The position numbers were made by a program, and so were the translations under genes. A stretch of 64,000 nucleotides of DNA from Acidobacteriota bacterium (GTDB taxonomy: Bacteria > Acidobacteriota > Blastocatellia > RBC074): the NCBI GenBank assembly GCA_016710075.1, contig JADJLO010000002.1, forward strand, positions 59,488 through 123,487, in the 5' to 3' direction. Position 1 is the stretch's first letter. Each line of letters begins with the position of its first letter. Below are positions 54,269-64,000 of the stretch, in pieces. The notes under the pieces are model-generated. The model saw nothing but the letters and a program-made list of their open reading frames with translations, was not told the origin of the DNA and made no database searches.

Positions 54269-56137
54269 ATGATGAACAACAGCTCTCGTCGCTCATTGTC
54301 AGGTGCAATACTGGTTTTGATTCTTGTCGTCAATTCATTTACCGGCTTTGCTCAGTCAGCCAGCCGGCAGGACACATTCAGACCGCCGGTGCGAGGCACG
54401 CGGGGAGTAGTAGCCGGAGGTCACCCGCTGGTAGTCGAGGCCGGTTTGAGAATGCTTCACCGCGGAGGCAACGCTGTAGACGCCGGTGTTGCGGCTACGC
54501 TGGCGGGCTCGGTCATCGAATTCTCTCATTTCGCCTTTGGAGGCGAGGTTCCGGTGATCATCAAAATGGCGACGGGAGCGCCGGTTGTGATCAACGGGCA
54601 GGGAACCGCGCCGGCTCTTGCGACCAGGGAGTTTTTTGAGACCAGAGCCGGCTCCGGTCCAAACAGGGCAGACGCCTCCGGACGCAGCGCCAACAAGCCC
54701 GGGCCGATTCCATCCACCGGGCCGCTTGCCGCAACCGTTCCCGGAGTGCTCGATGCGATGATCGTGGCGCTTGATAAGTTCGGTACGATGAGACTCGCCG
54801 ATGTCCTGATGCCCGCAATCGAACTCGCCGAGGCCTTCCCGATCGATGAACTGCGAGTCAGCTACATCCACAATACCCGAAGCGTCTTTGAAAAATGGGC
54901 GGATTCCAGAGAGATCTTTCTGCCGGGCGGAGAGGAACCAAAGGTGGGCGATATCTTCGTTCAGAAGAATCTGGCCCGAACCCTGCGCGAACTCCTGGCT
55001 GTCGAAAAACGGAATTCGAATCGCGGTCGTCACGCAGCTTTGGAATCGGTCAGGAATTATTTTTATCGCGGGCCGATGGCAAAACGATACACCGATCCAA
55101 TCGAGAAAGCCGGAGGCCTCATGCGAGCCGGCGATCTGGCGGGTTTTCGAGCCGGGATCGAAGACCCATACAAAATCAGCTATCGCGGCTATGAGATCTA
55201 CAAGGGCGGATTCTGGAGCCAGGGGCCGGTGCTGCTTCAGATGCTCAATCTGCTTGAAGGCTATGATCTGAAAGCGATGGGCCACAATTCGGCGGACTAC
55301 ATTCATACGGTAACAGAGGTGATGAAACTGGCGTTCGCTGACCGTGACCGATATTACGGCGACCCTGTGTTTGAGAAGATTCCTGCGCAGGAGCTTTTGT
55401 CCAAGGATTACGCCGCAACGCGCAGGGCTCTGATCGACAACGCATCAGCATCGATGGAACAGCGCCCGGGCGATCCCGTTAACAGGAAAGCGCTGGCCGG
55501 TTTGATTGGGCTCGCTGAGACAGGACCCTCAGAGGTGCCTGAAGCAGAGCGCGCGCACGATACGACCTGCGTCAATGTGATAGACGCCCGGGGAAATGTC
55601 TTTACCGCGACTCCAAGCGGAGCCTGGCTTCCATCATTTATTGCCGGAGATACGGGGATTCCGATATCGTCCAGACTTCAAAGCTTCCTGCTGACTCCCG
55701 GCCACCCGAATGAGCTCAAACCCGGCAAGCGCCCGCGTATCTCCCTGACACCGACACTTGTCATGAAAGACGGAAAACCGTTTGCGGCGCTCTCGACACC
55801 CGGTGGAGACAATCAGGATCAGGCGCTGTTACAGGTGCTGCTCAATGTCATTGAATTCGGCATGAATCCCCAGGAAGCGGTTGAGGCTCCGAGGTTCGAG
55901 ACGGCGCATCTGGTCAGCTCGTTTGACGATCACAGGTTCAATCCCGGCGTGCTCCAGATCGAATCGCGCGTCAAACCGGATGTCATCGGCGATCTTAAAA
56001 AACGCGGCCACAAGCTCGAAGTCAGGGGAGATTACAGCTCGGGATCAGCACCGACAATTATCATTTACAATCCGCAAACACGACTGATCCAGGGTGGAGC
56101 CGACGTTCGCCGGGGCAGATATGCTATAGGCTGGTGA
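54269..56137 (+). CDS. ggt: Gamma-glutamyltransferase family protein, secreted
   Basis: GGNAVDAGVA, LAFADRDRYYGDP, N-terminal nucleophile DTT, PGKRP and TPGGDNQ. Confidence 0.92.
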   Translation: MMNNSSRRSLSGAILVLILVVNSFTGFAQSASRQDTFRPPVRGTRGVVAGGHPLVVEAGLRMLHRGGNAVDAGVAATLAGSVIEFSHFAFGGEVPVIIKMATGAPVVINGQGTAPALATREFFETRAGSGPNRADASGRSANKPGPIPSTGPLAATVPGVLDAMIVALDKFGTMRLADVLMPAIELAEAFPIDELRVSYIHNTRSVFEKWADSREIFLPGGEEPKVGDIFVQKNLARTLRELLAVEKRNSNRGRHAALESVRNYFYRGPMAKRYTDPIEKAGGLMRAGDLAGFRAGIEDPYKISYRGYEIYKGGFWSQGPVLLQMLNLLEGYDLKAMGHNSADYIHTVTEVMKLAFADRDRYYGDPVFEKIPAQELLSKDYAATRRALIDNASASMEQRPGDPVNRKALAGLIGLAETGPSEVPEAERAHDTTCVNVIDARGNVFTATPSGAWLPSFIAGDTGIPISSRLQSFLLTPGHPNELKPGKRPRISLTPTLVMKDGKPFAALSTPGGDNQDQALLQVLLNVIEFGMNPQEAVEAPRFETAHLVSSFDDHRFNPGVLQIESRVKPDVIGDLKKRGHKLEVRGDYSSGSAPTIIIYNPQTRLIQGGADVRRGRYAIGW

Positions 56138-56175
56138 GTCTCGTGGGTGGAGGTGGGAGGGGGCAGTTTCTGAAA

Positions 56176-56333
56176 CTAACGGATTTTGCGGTTAAGAAGT
56201 TGTTTTATCGCCAAGAGCCAAGAACGCCAAAATGAAAATAGCCTGAATGTGCTATGTCCCGCAAAATCCGTTAGCATCAGGGAAGTTTAAAGTCTAAATG
56301 GACTTTAGACTTTAGACTTTAAACTTTAAACTC
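56176..56333. repeat. Composite inverted-repeat element (CTAACGGATTTTGCGG IR + CGCCAAG core + AAAGTTT hairpin)
   Basis: Perfect 16-bp IR at 56176-56191 / 56259-56274 enclosing CGCCAAGAGCCAAGAACGCCAA; the adjacent AAAGT/ACTTT repeat overlaps the P450 stop. Confidence 0.7.
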
Positions 56334-57677
56334 TTGTCTCTTTCTGACAGTTACAAAAATGCCCTCTTTCGGGCGCAGAGTGATTGACGGCATTGGCGTG
56401 ATCTTTTGATTCGGTTGGAGCTCAAGTCTGCATTTCTGTGCGATCGTTGCGAGTATCAGATTGGCTTCCATCATCGCAAAAGCATTGCCGATGCAAAGTC
56501 TTGGGCCGCCTCCAAAGGGGAAATAGGCATATTTCGGCAATCTTTTTGACTCTTCCATCTGCCATCTTTCCGGATGAAATCTGATTGGATCGCTGAAATA
56601 ACCCGGGTTTCGGTGCATTGACCACTGGCTCATCAGAACCTGAGCGCCCTTGGGAATCCGGCACCCTCCGATCTCGCAGTCTTCCATTGCCTCGCGGCCG
56701 ATCATCCAGGCGGGCGGGTAAAGCCTCATCGATTCCTTCACAACCATATCCGTATATTGCAGACGCGGCAGATCCGCTACTGCCGGCATTCTTTCACCGA
56801 GAACGGATTCAATTTCTTCAAACAGTTTTCTTTCAACTTCAGGGTGTTGTCCCAGCACGAGCCAGGTCCATGACAGGGTGAGCGCCGTCGTCTCGTGTCC
56901 GGCAAGGAAGAGCGTCATGAGCTCATCGCGAAGCTGTTTGTCGGACATCCTCGATCCATCGTCGTCTCGCGCCTTGAGCAGCAGCGAAAGCAGGTCGTCG
57001 CGATCGCCGGCGTGAGCCCGCCGCTGGTCGATTATTTGATAGATTATTTCATCCAGGCGCTGCACCACCTTCTCGAACTTCAGGTAGTTGGGAGTCGGAA
57101 AGAGATTATCGAGCAGTTGGGATATTCCTCCCTGCGATGAAAACTGTTCGGAAACGATTTCCAAAGCGTTGCCGACAACTTCAGCGTTGGCGGTCGCGTC
57201 CGTTCCAAAAAGCGTTTCGGCCACAATCCCCAGCGTCAGGCGCATCATGTCAGCGTGGATATCCCGGACTTCCCCGTTTTTCCACTGATTAATCATCCGC
57301 GTCGTGTCTCTCACCATGACCGCGCCGTAACCGGCTATCCGCTCTTTATGAAATGCCGGCTGGGAAAGCCTGCGCTGTCTCAGCCAGAAATCGCCCTCGC
57401 TGGTCAGCAATCCCTGGCCGAAAAGGCGGCGGCTCGATCTCGTCTTCAATCCCTTGTCTTTGATGAAGATCTTGTTCTTGGTCACCAGCACCTCCTCGAT
57501 CAGATCGGGGTGGTTCAAGAGGTAGAACTCGAGATTGAAAGCCTTGAGCCGAACGATATCTCCATAATCCTGCGAACACCTGAGAATGAAATTCAGCGGG
57601 TCGCGATCGAATTCAAAATAATTACCGAACAGCAGCTTGCCTTTTGGTCCTGAAACTTTTTGTGCCGGCATCATCAT
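56319..57677 (-). CDS. Cytochrome P450
   Basis: AGHETT I-helix, ESMR (ExxR), FHPERW and heme motif FGGGPRLCIG. Confidence 0.95.
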   Translation of the reverse strand: MMMPAQKVSGPKGKLLFGNYFEFDRDPLNFILRCSQDYGDIVRLKAFNLEFYLLNHPDLIEEVLVTKNKIFIKDKGLKTRSSRRLFGQGLLTSEGDFWLRQRRLSQPAFHKERIAGYGAVMVRDTTRMINQWKNGEVRDIHADMMRLTLGIVAETLFGTDATANAEVVGNALEIVSEQFSSQGGISQLLDNLFPTPNYLKFEKVVQRLDEIIYQIIDQRRAHAGDRDDLLSLLLKARDDDGSRMSDKQLRDELMTLFLAGHETTALTLSWTWLVLGQHPEVERKLFEEIESVLGERMPAVADLPRLQYTDMVVKESMRLYPPAWMIGREAMEDCEIGGCRIPKGAQVLMSQWSMHRNPGYFSDPIRFHPERWQMEESKRLPKYAYFPFGGGPRLCIGNAFAMMEANLILATIAQKCRLELQPNQKITPMPSITLRPKEGIFVTVRKRQEFKV

Positions 57678-57932
57678 TAAGCGGGCCTCCCTGAAAAAAA
57701 CGATCTATTCCGGACAATTCGCAAACGGCAAAGAAATTGGAACACTGGTGCGCCGGATTCGCCGCCAGGTGATGAATTCTCTCAATGTCAAAAGTTGATA
57801 GCCTACAATCTACCATTTCCTGTCGGATAAGATAAGTTGGTCAAGCCCTGTCTTTATGCTAAATTCAGAAGTGTTTTCGAGGTGATCCGCATCGCGCCGA
57901 AAAAATAATTTGAGATTTAGAGTGAGGAACGA

Positions 57933-58880
57933 TTGATTACCGAAACATCTCTTCGCCTGCGCGAGTTAAGGCAGAGCATAGAAAGCGTGATCCGCGGCAA
58001 AGCTGAAGCGGTGCAACTGGCGGTTGTGTCGCTGCTTGCCGGCGGTCATCTTCTGGTTGAGGATGTCCCTGGCGTCGGGAAAACGACTCTGGCACAGACC
58101 ATTGCCCGCTGCCTTGATTGCAGCTTCCAGCGGATACAGATCACTTCCGACCTGCTGCCGTCGGACATAGTCGGCGTCTCGGTTTACAATCAATCCAATG
58201 GAGATTTTGAATTCAAGCCGGGACCGATCTTCGCAAATGTGATCCTCGCGGATGAGATCAACCGCACCACACCGAAAACACAGAGCAGCCTGCTGGAGGC
58301 GATGGCTGAGGGGCATGTCACGGTTGAAAACAGGACTTACGCCCTTCCCAGGCCGTTTCTTGTCCTGGCGACACAAAATCCGATTGAACACTACGGCACC
58401 TATCCTCTGGCCGAATCGCGGCTTGATCGCTTTATGATGAGGGTCCGGATCGGCTATCCCTCCAGCCTTGAAGAGAAGGAAATCCTCAGACAGCAGGCCC
58501 GCAAGCATCCCATCGATAGCGTCAAGCCGCTGATGACCGCTGAAGATGTGATCGAGCTGCAGGAGGAGGTCAGGAATGTCAGATTCGATGAGGCGCTCCT
58601 CGATTATCTGATGGATATCGTCACCGCGACCAGGGAATCCGAGATGCTCGAACTCGGCGTCAGCCCGCGCGGCTCTCTCTCTCTTTATCGCGCGGCCCAG
58701 TCTCTCGCTTTCACCGAGGACCGCGATTATTGCATCACTGATGACATCAAGAGGCTGGTCGTCCCCGTTTTCGGACACCGTGTCGTCATCAGCTCACGCT
58801 ATGCAAACCGGCTGCGCAAGGCCGAACACGCCGACTCGATCCTTGAAGATATTTTGAAGAACGTGAAAGTCCCGATTTGA
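57933..58880 (+). CDS. MoxR-family AAA+ ATPase
   Basis: EDVPGVGKT, LADEINR, ATQNP and GVSPR. Confidence 0.93.
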   Translation: MITETSLRLRELRQSIESVIRGKAEAVQLAVVSLLAGGHLLVEDVPGVGKTTLAQTIARCLDCSFQRIQITSDLLPSDIVGVSVYNQSNGDFEFKPGPIFANVILADEINRTTPKTQSSLLEAMAEGHVTVENRTYALPRPFLVLATQNPIEHYGTYPLAESRLDRFMMRVRIGYPSSLEEKEILRQQARKHPIDSVKPLMTAEDVIELQEEVRNVRFDEALLDYLMDIVTATRESEMLELGVSPRGSLSLYRAAQSLAFTEDRDYCITDDIKRLVVPVFGHRVVISSRYANRLRKAEHADSILEDILKNVKVPI

Positions 58881-58899
58881 GGAGAAGGAAAAGAAGAGA

Positions 58900-59046
58900 G
58901 ATTACGAAACGAAATAAACGAAACAACGAAAAATATCAGGGATTGATGAAGCCCGTTTCATTTGGGTTTCGCTCCTTGAAAACATCTGGTTCAAGAAGCA
59001 GTAGATGTTTTTCGTCGGTTTCGTTTATTTCGACTGTTTCGTCATC
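58900..59046. repeat. ACGAAA-type terminal-inverted-repeat element, copy 4
   Basis: GATTACGAAACGAAATAAACGAAACAACGAAAAA ... TTTTTCGTCGGTTTCGTTTATTTCGACTGTTTCGTCATC. Confidence 0.75.
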
Positions 59047-59061
59047 CTGTATTCTATCGCC

Positions 59062-60387
59062 ATGATTCAACGGTTTCGCCGGAACAAATCGTTCAGGTTC
59101 GCGTTGATCTCGATACTGCTGACGGTTGCAGCTCTCGGGGCGTTGATGATCTCTGCCGTTGCGGGCCAGATCGGTGATGACGATCTGGCGTCGCTCGGAT
59201 CGAAAGCAGCGCTGGGACTGGCGATTATCATCCTGATATACGTTGTCCCGCGGATGGCGCGCGGCATGAAGATCGAATACCTTCGATCCGAATTCTCGAT
59301 TCATATCCCCAACGCCGGCCTGGTTTATTGCGCGGTCATTCTTGTGGTCACGATACTTTCCCTGAGCAGCGGCAACAACCTTCTCTACCTGATATTATCG
59401 ATACTGCTGGCGACGATGTTTCTTTCGTGGCTCTCATCGCGCCTTTGTCTGACGCGCCTTGATATGCAGATACGCACTCCGGAGCATATCTTCGCCACAG
59501 AACCGGTTCCGTTCGATATCCGATTGACCAACCGAAGGAAGCTGTTTCCGACCTTTTCAGTTTCATTTGCAGTCTCCGAAAAAGATCCGGCGAGCAGTTC
59601 GCATGATCATAATAAGGTCGATCTGGCATATTTTCCGATAATCGCAGGCCGTACCGAGGCCCGGGCCCGGTCAGAGAGGGTTTATCCCCGGCGTGGAGTA
59701 TATGAGATGAACGGTTATCAGTTGACGACGCGATTTCCCTTTGGGTTCATCGAGCAGCGCCGGTTCATTGAAAAACATTCGGAGATATACGTCTATCCGC
59801 AGCCTTTGCCGCTGGACCATTTTCCGGACATTGCGCCTCTGGCTCTCGGAAGAACCGAGAGCCACATCAAGGGAAGCGGCACCGATCTTTATGCGATTCG
59901 AAATTATCTTTCGAGCGATCATCATCATCACATCGACTGGAAGGCGACTGCGAAGACTGCCCAATTGATGGTCCGCGAATTCACGCGGGATGACGAGTGG
60001 CGGGTCATGATCGGATTCGACCCGGGCGTTTTGAAAGAGGTCGCAGAGAGAGACGATTATTCCGCCAGGTTTGAAAGGGCGATCGGCCTGGCCGCCGGTC
60101 TTGCGGAATATTTCATCGAAAGCGGCGCCGAGGTCAGGTTTCTGACTCCTGAGGAAGATTCAGGTTACGGAATCGGCCGATTCCATCATTATGAAATTTT
60201 GCGGCAGTTGGCGAAACTCAAACCGGTGCCCTGCGAAACCGGGCTGAACGAGCAGGTCAGGGAGATATTCCAGAGAGAGACGCTTGCCGAGGAGCAGCAG
60301 AGAATCTTGATAGTGTCTGCTCCGGCCGATCAGATTGCCGGAGCGGTAACCGCATCGACTCAGATTATCAGCATTGAAGAGTTGTAG
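59062..60387 (+). CDS. DUF58 family protein
   Basis: SGNNLLYL, FPFG, IRNY..HIDWKATAK and MVREF; follows moxR. Confidence 0.9.
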   Translation: MIQRFRRNKSFRFALISILLTVAALGALMISAVAGQIGDDDLASLGSKAALGLAIIILIYVVPRMARGMKIEYLRSEFSIHIPNAGLVYCAVILVVTILSLSSGNNLLYLILSILLATMFLSWLSSRLCLTRLDMQIRTPEHIFATEPVPFDIRLTNRRKLFPTFSVSFAVSEKDPASSSHDHNKVDLAYFPIIAGRTEARARSERVYPRRGVYEMNGYQLTTRFPFGFIEQRRFIEKHSEIYVYPQPLPLDHFPDIAPLALGRTESHIKGSGTDLYAIRNYLSSDHHHHIDWKATAKTAQLMVREFTRDDEWRVMIGFDPGVLKEVAERDDYSARFERAIGLAAGLAEYFIESGAEVRFLTPEEDSGYGIGRFHHYEILRQLAKLKPVPCETGLNEQVREIFQRETLAEEQQRILIVSAPADQIAGAVTASTQIISIEEL

Positions 60388-62642
60388 ATGAGTTTTCAGA
60401 GATATTTCATTACAGCGTCGTACCTTCTGCTTGTCATCGGGTTCGCCATGATGGTGGCGACCAGGCATGTTGACGAAGTGGCTATGGCCCTGTTCTCGGC
60501 TGCCCTGTTAACTGGACTGCTGATAGATCTGGGCGTGGTCAAATGGAATCTCACACAGCGAGCGGCCAACTGGCTGTTGCTTTGTTACCTGCCTCTGGCA
60601 TTGGCCGAATGGCAGTTGATTGCGATTTCACCGATCACGATCATCATTCATTTCGTCCTCTTTTCGACATCGCTCAAGCTGCTGCGGAAGAAGACCGGGC
60701 GGGATTGGCTCTGGCTTTATGTGATTTCGTTCTGCCAGGTGCTGATGACTGCCGGGATGATGATCGGAACGACATTCTTCCTGTTGTTGATAGTCTATCT
60801 GCTGGCTGCCATCGCGACGCTCATCGGATTTGAGATCCGGCGGTCTCAGGAGACATTCGATGCCAGGCGCAAAGCAGCGGAGTCGCCACAGGATGTCGTG
60901 GTCGAATACTGGAAGTCTCTACGACATGCAAGGCAAAAGCTCGAAACTCCGCGGTGGCGCAGCCTCTCATATTTCTCCGCGTTTTCCCTGATTCTGATCT
61001 TGCTGATTGCGATCCCGATATTCCTCGCCATGCCGAGGATAAACCGCAATTTTTCCCGCAATGGAATGTTGGCGACCGAGGCGCTGACGGGGTTTTCCGA
61101 TAGCGTCAGACTTGGCGAAGTCGCGCAGATAAAGCTCAATCCGCAGGTTGTTATGCGTGTCAGAGTGAAATTCCCGAACGGGGAGCCGCCGCACACACTC
61201 AGGTGGCGCGGAGTGACGCTCGATTATTATGATGGCCGGTCCTGGACCGAATCCGGATCCGGACCGGCGCCTCTCAAAAGAATCGGCGAGAGCTACAAAG
61301 TGGAGGATAAGCGCTCTCAATACGGGTTCACCGCCCAGAGATTCTTTCTTGAACCACTCAATATCAGCACCGTTTTTGTCGCTCCGCGGGCCGTGCTGGT
61401 GACCGGACTGCCCGAACTGGCGCGCGATCAGGGAAGCGGACTCTGGACCGAGCCGCACCCTTTTCACAAGCTCGAATATTATGTCTTTTCCGATACCAGC
61501 GTGCCGGACTATGACCGATTGAGCGAGGATAATACCCGCTTGTATTCAATGGAGATCCGGCAGCGATACCTGCAACTGCCTGCTAATCATGACCGCAGGA
61601 TCGACAACCTTGCGGCGGATGTGACTCGCCCCGCGAACACGCAGATCGATGTCGTCAGATTGATCGAACAGCATCTGAAAAACAGCTACAGTTACACGCT
61701 CGATCTGCAGAAGACTGAAGAGGGCGATCCGATAGCCGATTTTCTTTTCAATACGCGAGCCGGCCATTGTGAATATTTTGCCTCGGCCATGGTCATGCTG
61801 CTGCGCACGCGAAGGATTCCGGCTCGGCTGGTCAACGGTTTTCAAATGGGCGAATACAATAAGTCAGCCGATGTTTACACGGTCCGGCAGTCGGATGCCC
61901 ATTCGTGGGTTGAGGTCTATTTCCCGAAAGCCGGGTGGCTCGCCTTTGATCCGACTCCTCCTTCAGGCCTGAGCGTTTATGAAGACGGGACCATGGCCTG
62001 ATCAGGCAGTACAGCGAGACTCTGGAAATGTTCTGGCTTGAGAATGTCATCGGCTTCGATACCGGAAAGCAATTCTCGATGGCGCTTGGCTTCCAGCGCT
62101 GGATCTGGAAGCATCAGAAGGAATCCTCGTTCCGGTGGTTCGAATGGTTCACCGACCTTGCTCAGAAAAGAGATCTCTGGCGGGCCGACTGGAACCCTTT
62201 CAATGGAGAGATGCTCAAAAACAGGCCGCAAACCTCGACCCTGCGAAGGACGCTGACTCATCCCCTGACATATGGATTAATGCTCCTGTTCGGGCTTCTC
62301 GCTGCCGGTTACTTTTGGATCAGTCACAGCAGCTCCTGGAAAAAACGAATCAGGCGGGACGCTTCAGCCTCAGCGGTTATCTTTTACCAGGAGATGCTGG
62401 GCATCCTCGCTCGCGCCGGCTACACCCGGGAACCTCATTTGACTCCCTCTGAATTCTCCATGAGGATGGCCAACCAGCACGTCATCAGAATAACCGACCT
62501 TTACCACGGCGCGCGTTTCGGCGGGCGGAAACTGACAGATGACGAGATTGCCGAAGTCAGTCATTCCCTCAGCGAGGTCAGGAAGATCGCACGCGCCCGC
62601 AAATCACTGAAGAGAAGATTACGAAAAAACGAAAATGACTAA
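60388..62642 (+). CDS. DUF3488 / transglutaminase-like / DUF4129 membrane protein (TgpA-like), 1-nt deletion at ~62000
   Basis: WRGVTLDYYDG, GHCEYFASAM, AHSWVEVY, FDPTP. Adding one G (TG-ATC to TGGATC) joins it to the DUF4129-like 62028-62642 ORF. Confidence 0.88.
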
Positions 62643-62714
62643 ACAAACGAAATTAATCAGGGGGAGAATTCTGTCGGAATGAAACCCTGATAGATTTCCG
62701 TATGTTTCGTTATC
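62617..62714. repeat. Degenerate ACGAAA-type element, copy 5
   Basis: GATTACGAAAAAACGAAAATGACTAAACAAACGAAA ... TTTCCGTATGTTTCGTTATC; overlaps the preceding stop codon. Confidence 0.55.
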
Positions 62715-62743
62715 CGATTTTTTGATATCAAGGGTTATATTCA

Positions 62744-64000
62744 ATGGCAATTGCCGCAATAATCTCAATTTACTCGGTGTTTTTAGTAATTGGCTGGCTG
62801 GCTGCCCGCAAGGTCAAAGATGGTACGGCTGAAGATCTGTTGATTGCGGGCAGGGCGATGCCGATGTGGCTGGCAACGCTGACAATGACCGCCACGTGGG
62901 TCGATGGCGGATACCTGCTGGGCACGGCTGAAGGGGCTTACAAATCGTCTGTAGCGCTGGGGATTCAGGGAGGGCTTTGTTTCGGCGTCAGCCTGATACT
63001 TGGCGGGATCTTCTTCGCCCGTCGGATGCGGCACTATGGAATACACGACACTGATAGATCCGTTTGAATCGAGGTTCGGAAAACACTGGGCTGCGGTATT
63101 GTTCATCCCGGCGCTGCTTGGAGAGCTGTTCTGGAGCGCAGAGCTGCTGGTGGCGATTGGCTCGACATTCGGCGTCACTCTTCAGATGAAGCTGACGACG
63201 GCGATCCTGATCTCGGCGGTAGTGGTCATCATTTACACCATGGTTGGAGGCATGTGGTCCGTCGCTTATACGGATGCCTTTCAACTGGGCATGGTTGTGA
63301 TTGGCCTGGCAATTGCGATTCCCTATGTCCTGAGCGCGGCAGGCGGATTTGATGCAGTCATGGCAGGCTATGCAGCGGCTCGCCCCGATCGCATCGGCAT
63401 CCTGCCGCCATTTAGCGGCAATGGCTCTTTCTGGACGTCGCAATCGATCATCAACTGGTGGGATGTGAGTCTCATGCTCATTTTCGGGGGGATACCCTGG
63501 AACTGTTATTTTCAGCGCGTACTTTCATGCCAGACGCCGCTGAAGGCTCAATGGCATTCGATCTTCGCAGGCCTTCTGACAATTTTGATGACGCTGCCGC
63601 CGTTGCTGATTGGCGTTGCGGCTTTCAGGTATGCGTGGCCGGTGAATTTGATGGCCGAGTTGCAGGCCCAGCCGGCGCAGACATTTCCGATGGTGCTGAA
63701 ATATCTGACCCCGCCGCTGGTTGCATTGCTCGGCCTTGGAGCGATCATTGGCGCCGTTACTTCCAGTTTCAGTTCGTCGATCCTCTCTGCCGCATCGATG
63801 ATGACCTGGAATTTTGCGGGCCGGATCATCTGGCCGAATCTTTCGGTGACCCAGATGAAAAGACTGATAAGGCTCTCGATCGTGCTGCTCGGAGCGAGCG
63901 CTATTGCCATGGCGTTGAAGGTTCAAAGCGTTCAGGCGCTATGGTTCTTCACCAGTGATCTGGTCTTCGTCCTGTTGTTCCCGCAACTCGTCTTTGCGCT
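62744..64000 (+). CDS. Sodium:solute symporter (SSS), choline transporter SLC5A7-like; 1-nt insertion at ~63038; runs off the edge
   Basis: TATWVDGGY, then in the corrected frame YTMVGGMWSVAYTD, GGIPWNCYFQRVLS and SSILSAAS. Confidence 0.85.

Noticed and set aside
57933-62642. MoxR-DUF58-transglutaminase cluster as a novel system
   Set aside because: This is a well-known, widespread gene triad.

Overview
About 55-60% GC (estimated by eye) chromosomal segment, most likely from an Acidobacteriota (Blastocatellia-like) genome, judging by acidobacterial VWA proteins, many secreted hydrolases and a MoxR-DUF58-transglutaminase cluster. It holds about 45 genes: an ETF/FadF/paired acyl-CoA dehydrogenase module, a PhoD/S1-P1/beta-propeller phosphoesterase cluster, ttcA, thiL, a membrane pyrophosphatase, two ceramidase-like paralogs, a PDZ-GAF-PAS histidine kinase, an orphan SbcD/Mre11-type nuclease, purB/purS, GGT, a P450 and an SSS transporter. 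There is no transposase, integrase, tRNA, rRNA or CRISPR array. Eight genes, including thiL and purS, carry small indels or one in-frame stop, probably long-read assembly errors. The most unusual feature is a non-coding array at 41387-42062: four ~165-190 bp units, each with two long hairpins. Stem sequences differ but keep pairing, while the loops are invariant (GTGCCCCGT and AAATCCGACCCCCGT). It lies upstream of the orphan SbcD-like gene and is a candidate undescribed structured RNA/ssDNA repeat system. Many intergenic gaps also carry MITE/REP-like inverted repeats built from short tandem motifs.
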